Position numbers and translations under genes: made by a program | Notes under the pieces: model-generated | Seen by the model: the letters and a program-made list of their open reading frames with translations, nothing else | What the model was told of the DNA's origin: nothing | Databases searched by the model: none | In this document: positions 30,848 to 33,050 of the stretch, in pieces | How positions within the stretch are numbered: the stretch's first letter is position 1 | Layout of the letters: each line of letters starts with the position of its first letter | DNA from: Nemertoderma westbladi | Lineage: Eukaryota; Animalia; Xenacoelomorpha | Direction of reading: 5' to 3' | DNA length: 33,050 nucleotides | Assembly (NCBI GenBank): GCA_032718475.1 | Contig: JAUCBJ010000170.1 | Span: 1 to 33,050 of the forward strand

Positions 30848-33050
30848 AATATTTTTTTTATGAAATTGTCAACTTCAAAACCCTACTACTTCTACAATTT
30901 TTGAGCAATTAATCTGAAAATTATGTGGGTGTATATATAGCCATCCTGCATGAAAGTATCAGACAACTTTTTGAAATTTTTTGTTAATAAAACTTAATAC
31001 TATTTATAATAAACCTAAAATATTAGCATAAATTTGCAGCTAAATGTGCAGATTTATTTTCACAAAATTTCGCCTGATAGTTATGTTGCCCCATCTTTTA
31101 TCTATCATATAAAAAACTTTCATGTGTATAGATTCAAAACTGTTAAAGCCTTAGGGTTTTAAGCGCACCCAATAATTTTTTTTAAAATCATGTAGAATAG
31201 CATCTTAGGTACTTCAATTCCAAATTATAACCAAAACCAAACAATTTTGAAACGCTGAGAGTGATAAATCGAAGAGTTGTCCGAAAATTGTGTAGAAACT
31301 AATTTACATTCAGCGAGCAATGTTTAATAGTTATATCAGTATCGTTTGCCAATTAGTGATTAATATGGTATGCGCAATGTTTAAGGAATACCCTCCATAA
31401 CCTAACAGATAAATAATTGTTTGAATTTTAATGCACTGCAAAGCACATCAGTCAGACAAGATTCAAAGGTTATTTGTATAATCATGAAACTTATTTCCAA
31501 GATCAATAACAATTACGTGATAACTTATATAGCATTACTGATAATGACTAACCTTGCTTAGAAACATAATCACAAACCTAGACACTTCTGATCTCACTTC
31601 AGAAAGGACAATCAATGTGTTAATGATACCAGAATAAAGTGATGGACGATTCGCCTTAAATTTTCTCCCAACATTGCTACTCCACGAGCTCAGATTGAAA
31701 AAATAGAAGACCAGCTTAAACGTACTTCCACTTACCTCTCACGTACTGATACATAAAGAGATAAACAGTCTAAATAGAAAGAACTCACCTGATTTGAAAT
31801 CCCTGGTGATAGAACACTATAGATAATGCTCCTGCAAAAATAAGCCTTCTTAGCACTTCTAAAAATCTTTAATGGAAACATACTAACCTCATACTTTATC
31901 AATCCAAGTGCTTTTACCCATTCACACAGAATTTGGGTATACGAAGTGTTGGAATGGGCTTGGTTATTGGCTTAGTGATTGAATGTATAGAATGTAATTG
32001 ATCTTCGATGGACAATTTATCAGAGCTCATAAATCCATACGTCATATGCAATGTATATCCTCTTAATGAATTAGAAACGGTTGAAACAAGGGTCCCCAAA
32101 TGCCAAGTAAGACCCGGATAAGGTGTTTAAGGGGTTGAAGGGTGTCAATGTTGTGCAATGAATGTGCAGTGCAGCGCCGGGGCAGCCAGCGCAGCGTAGC
32201 ATCGGCAATGATAACTGGACAGAGATACTGCGCTTGGCGCGATTTTTGAATTACTGGCAGACTGGCGTAGCTTTGCACCAAGCCAAAATACAGTAACTAC
32301 TTGAGTACAACAGTCTTTCTTAAGTTCAATGGTTCAAAGGGTTACCGAAATTGAGACATCAGAAAAACAATCCATTCCTCATAGTGTGGTGAAATTAGAT
32401 AAGTCTACAACCAAAGTATTGTATTTAATAGTAGCTGCTTGGTTGATCCAATCGACGAAAATAGTAAGAATATTTCCTTCAGGACTATTCTATTCGGATA
32501 TGTTTTGGTTTAGTTTGTATTCTATTTCTGCACACCAAGGTTCTTTAAAGTTCCATGCAGTTATATGTTTCATATGTTAAAGATTCATGCAGCAACTATG
32601 TCACAGGAACCAGAAGTAATTGATTCTCTTTATGAATAGTCTCCAACTCAAGTGAACATTTCATTAATTTATTTAAGGGGGGGGGGGGGGGGGGGGGGGG
32701 GGGTACCACTCCCAAATTGAACCTCACATTTTTGTGTCTCTGGACATTAAAATTGGGTGAATTTTTTGTGCTACTATACATCGTCTGGACTGTGTAAGAA
32801 TAACCAAACCAAGTATTTTTAAAAATGGCCCATAAGTGGCTCGGTAATGGCCAAAAGTGCCTTTTTGCGCCAATGGCTATTTCTGCACCAATATTTGTTG
32901 AAATTTGTCGAAATTTGGAATATAAGTTCAGAAGAACCCTGCATCCAATTCTTCTGAACAAATTTTGCCTCAAATGCTCAAATTTCAACAAATTAAAAAT
33001 CTAAAAATGAAACAAATTCACACTCATTTCAGATAAAATTGGCGGAGAAA
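30848..33050. repeat. ~2.2-kb duplicated block, copy B (runs off the window)
   Basis: Begins right after a (TA)n tract; direct repeat of 23250-25247. Confidence 0.93.

Noticed and set aside
23250-33050. Duplicated blocks as LTRs of one large retroelement
   Set aside because: No TG...CA ends, PBS, PPT or internal gag/pol; copy B begins abruptly at a TA tract.

Overview
Eukaryotic (metazoan, probably invertebrate) AT-rich nuclear DNA made up largely of transposable elements; no intact host gene is evident. In order: a 5'-truncated RTE-type LINE (43-1628, 11-bp TSD); a full-length but dead P-element/THAP DNA transposon (3243-6918, ~140-bp TIRs, 7-bp TSD); an apparently intact, young BEL/Pao LTR retrotransposon on the minus strand (6966-16594, near-identical LTRs, 5-bp TSD, one 2309-aa gag-pol ORF); a 55-bp G-rich minisatellite with a second copy of the same RTE LINE inserted with an 87-bp TSD; a ~2-kb block present twice (23250-25247 and 30848-end); a 20-bp tandem array; and a non-autonomous TTAA/CCC piggyBac-type element with a foldback interior nested in an unclassified repeat. 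Most notable: the BEL element has no tRNA-type primer-binding site, but the 14 nt at the PBS position are perfectly complementary to a segment of its own LTR, suggesting Tf1-like self-priming. Also, removing the P and BEL elements rebuilds one open, splice-site-bounded exon. All calls come from reading by eye; no database search was run.
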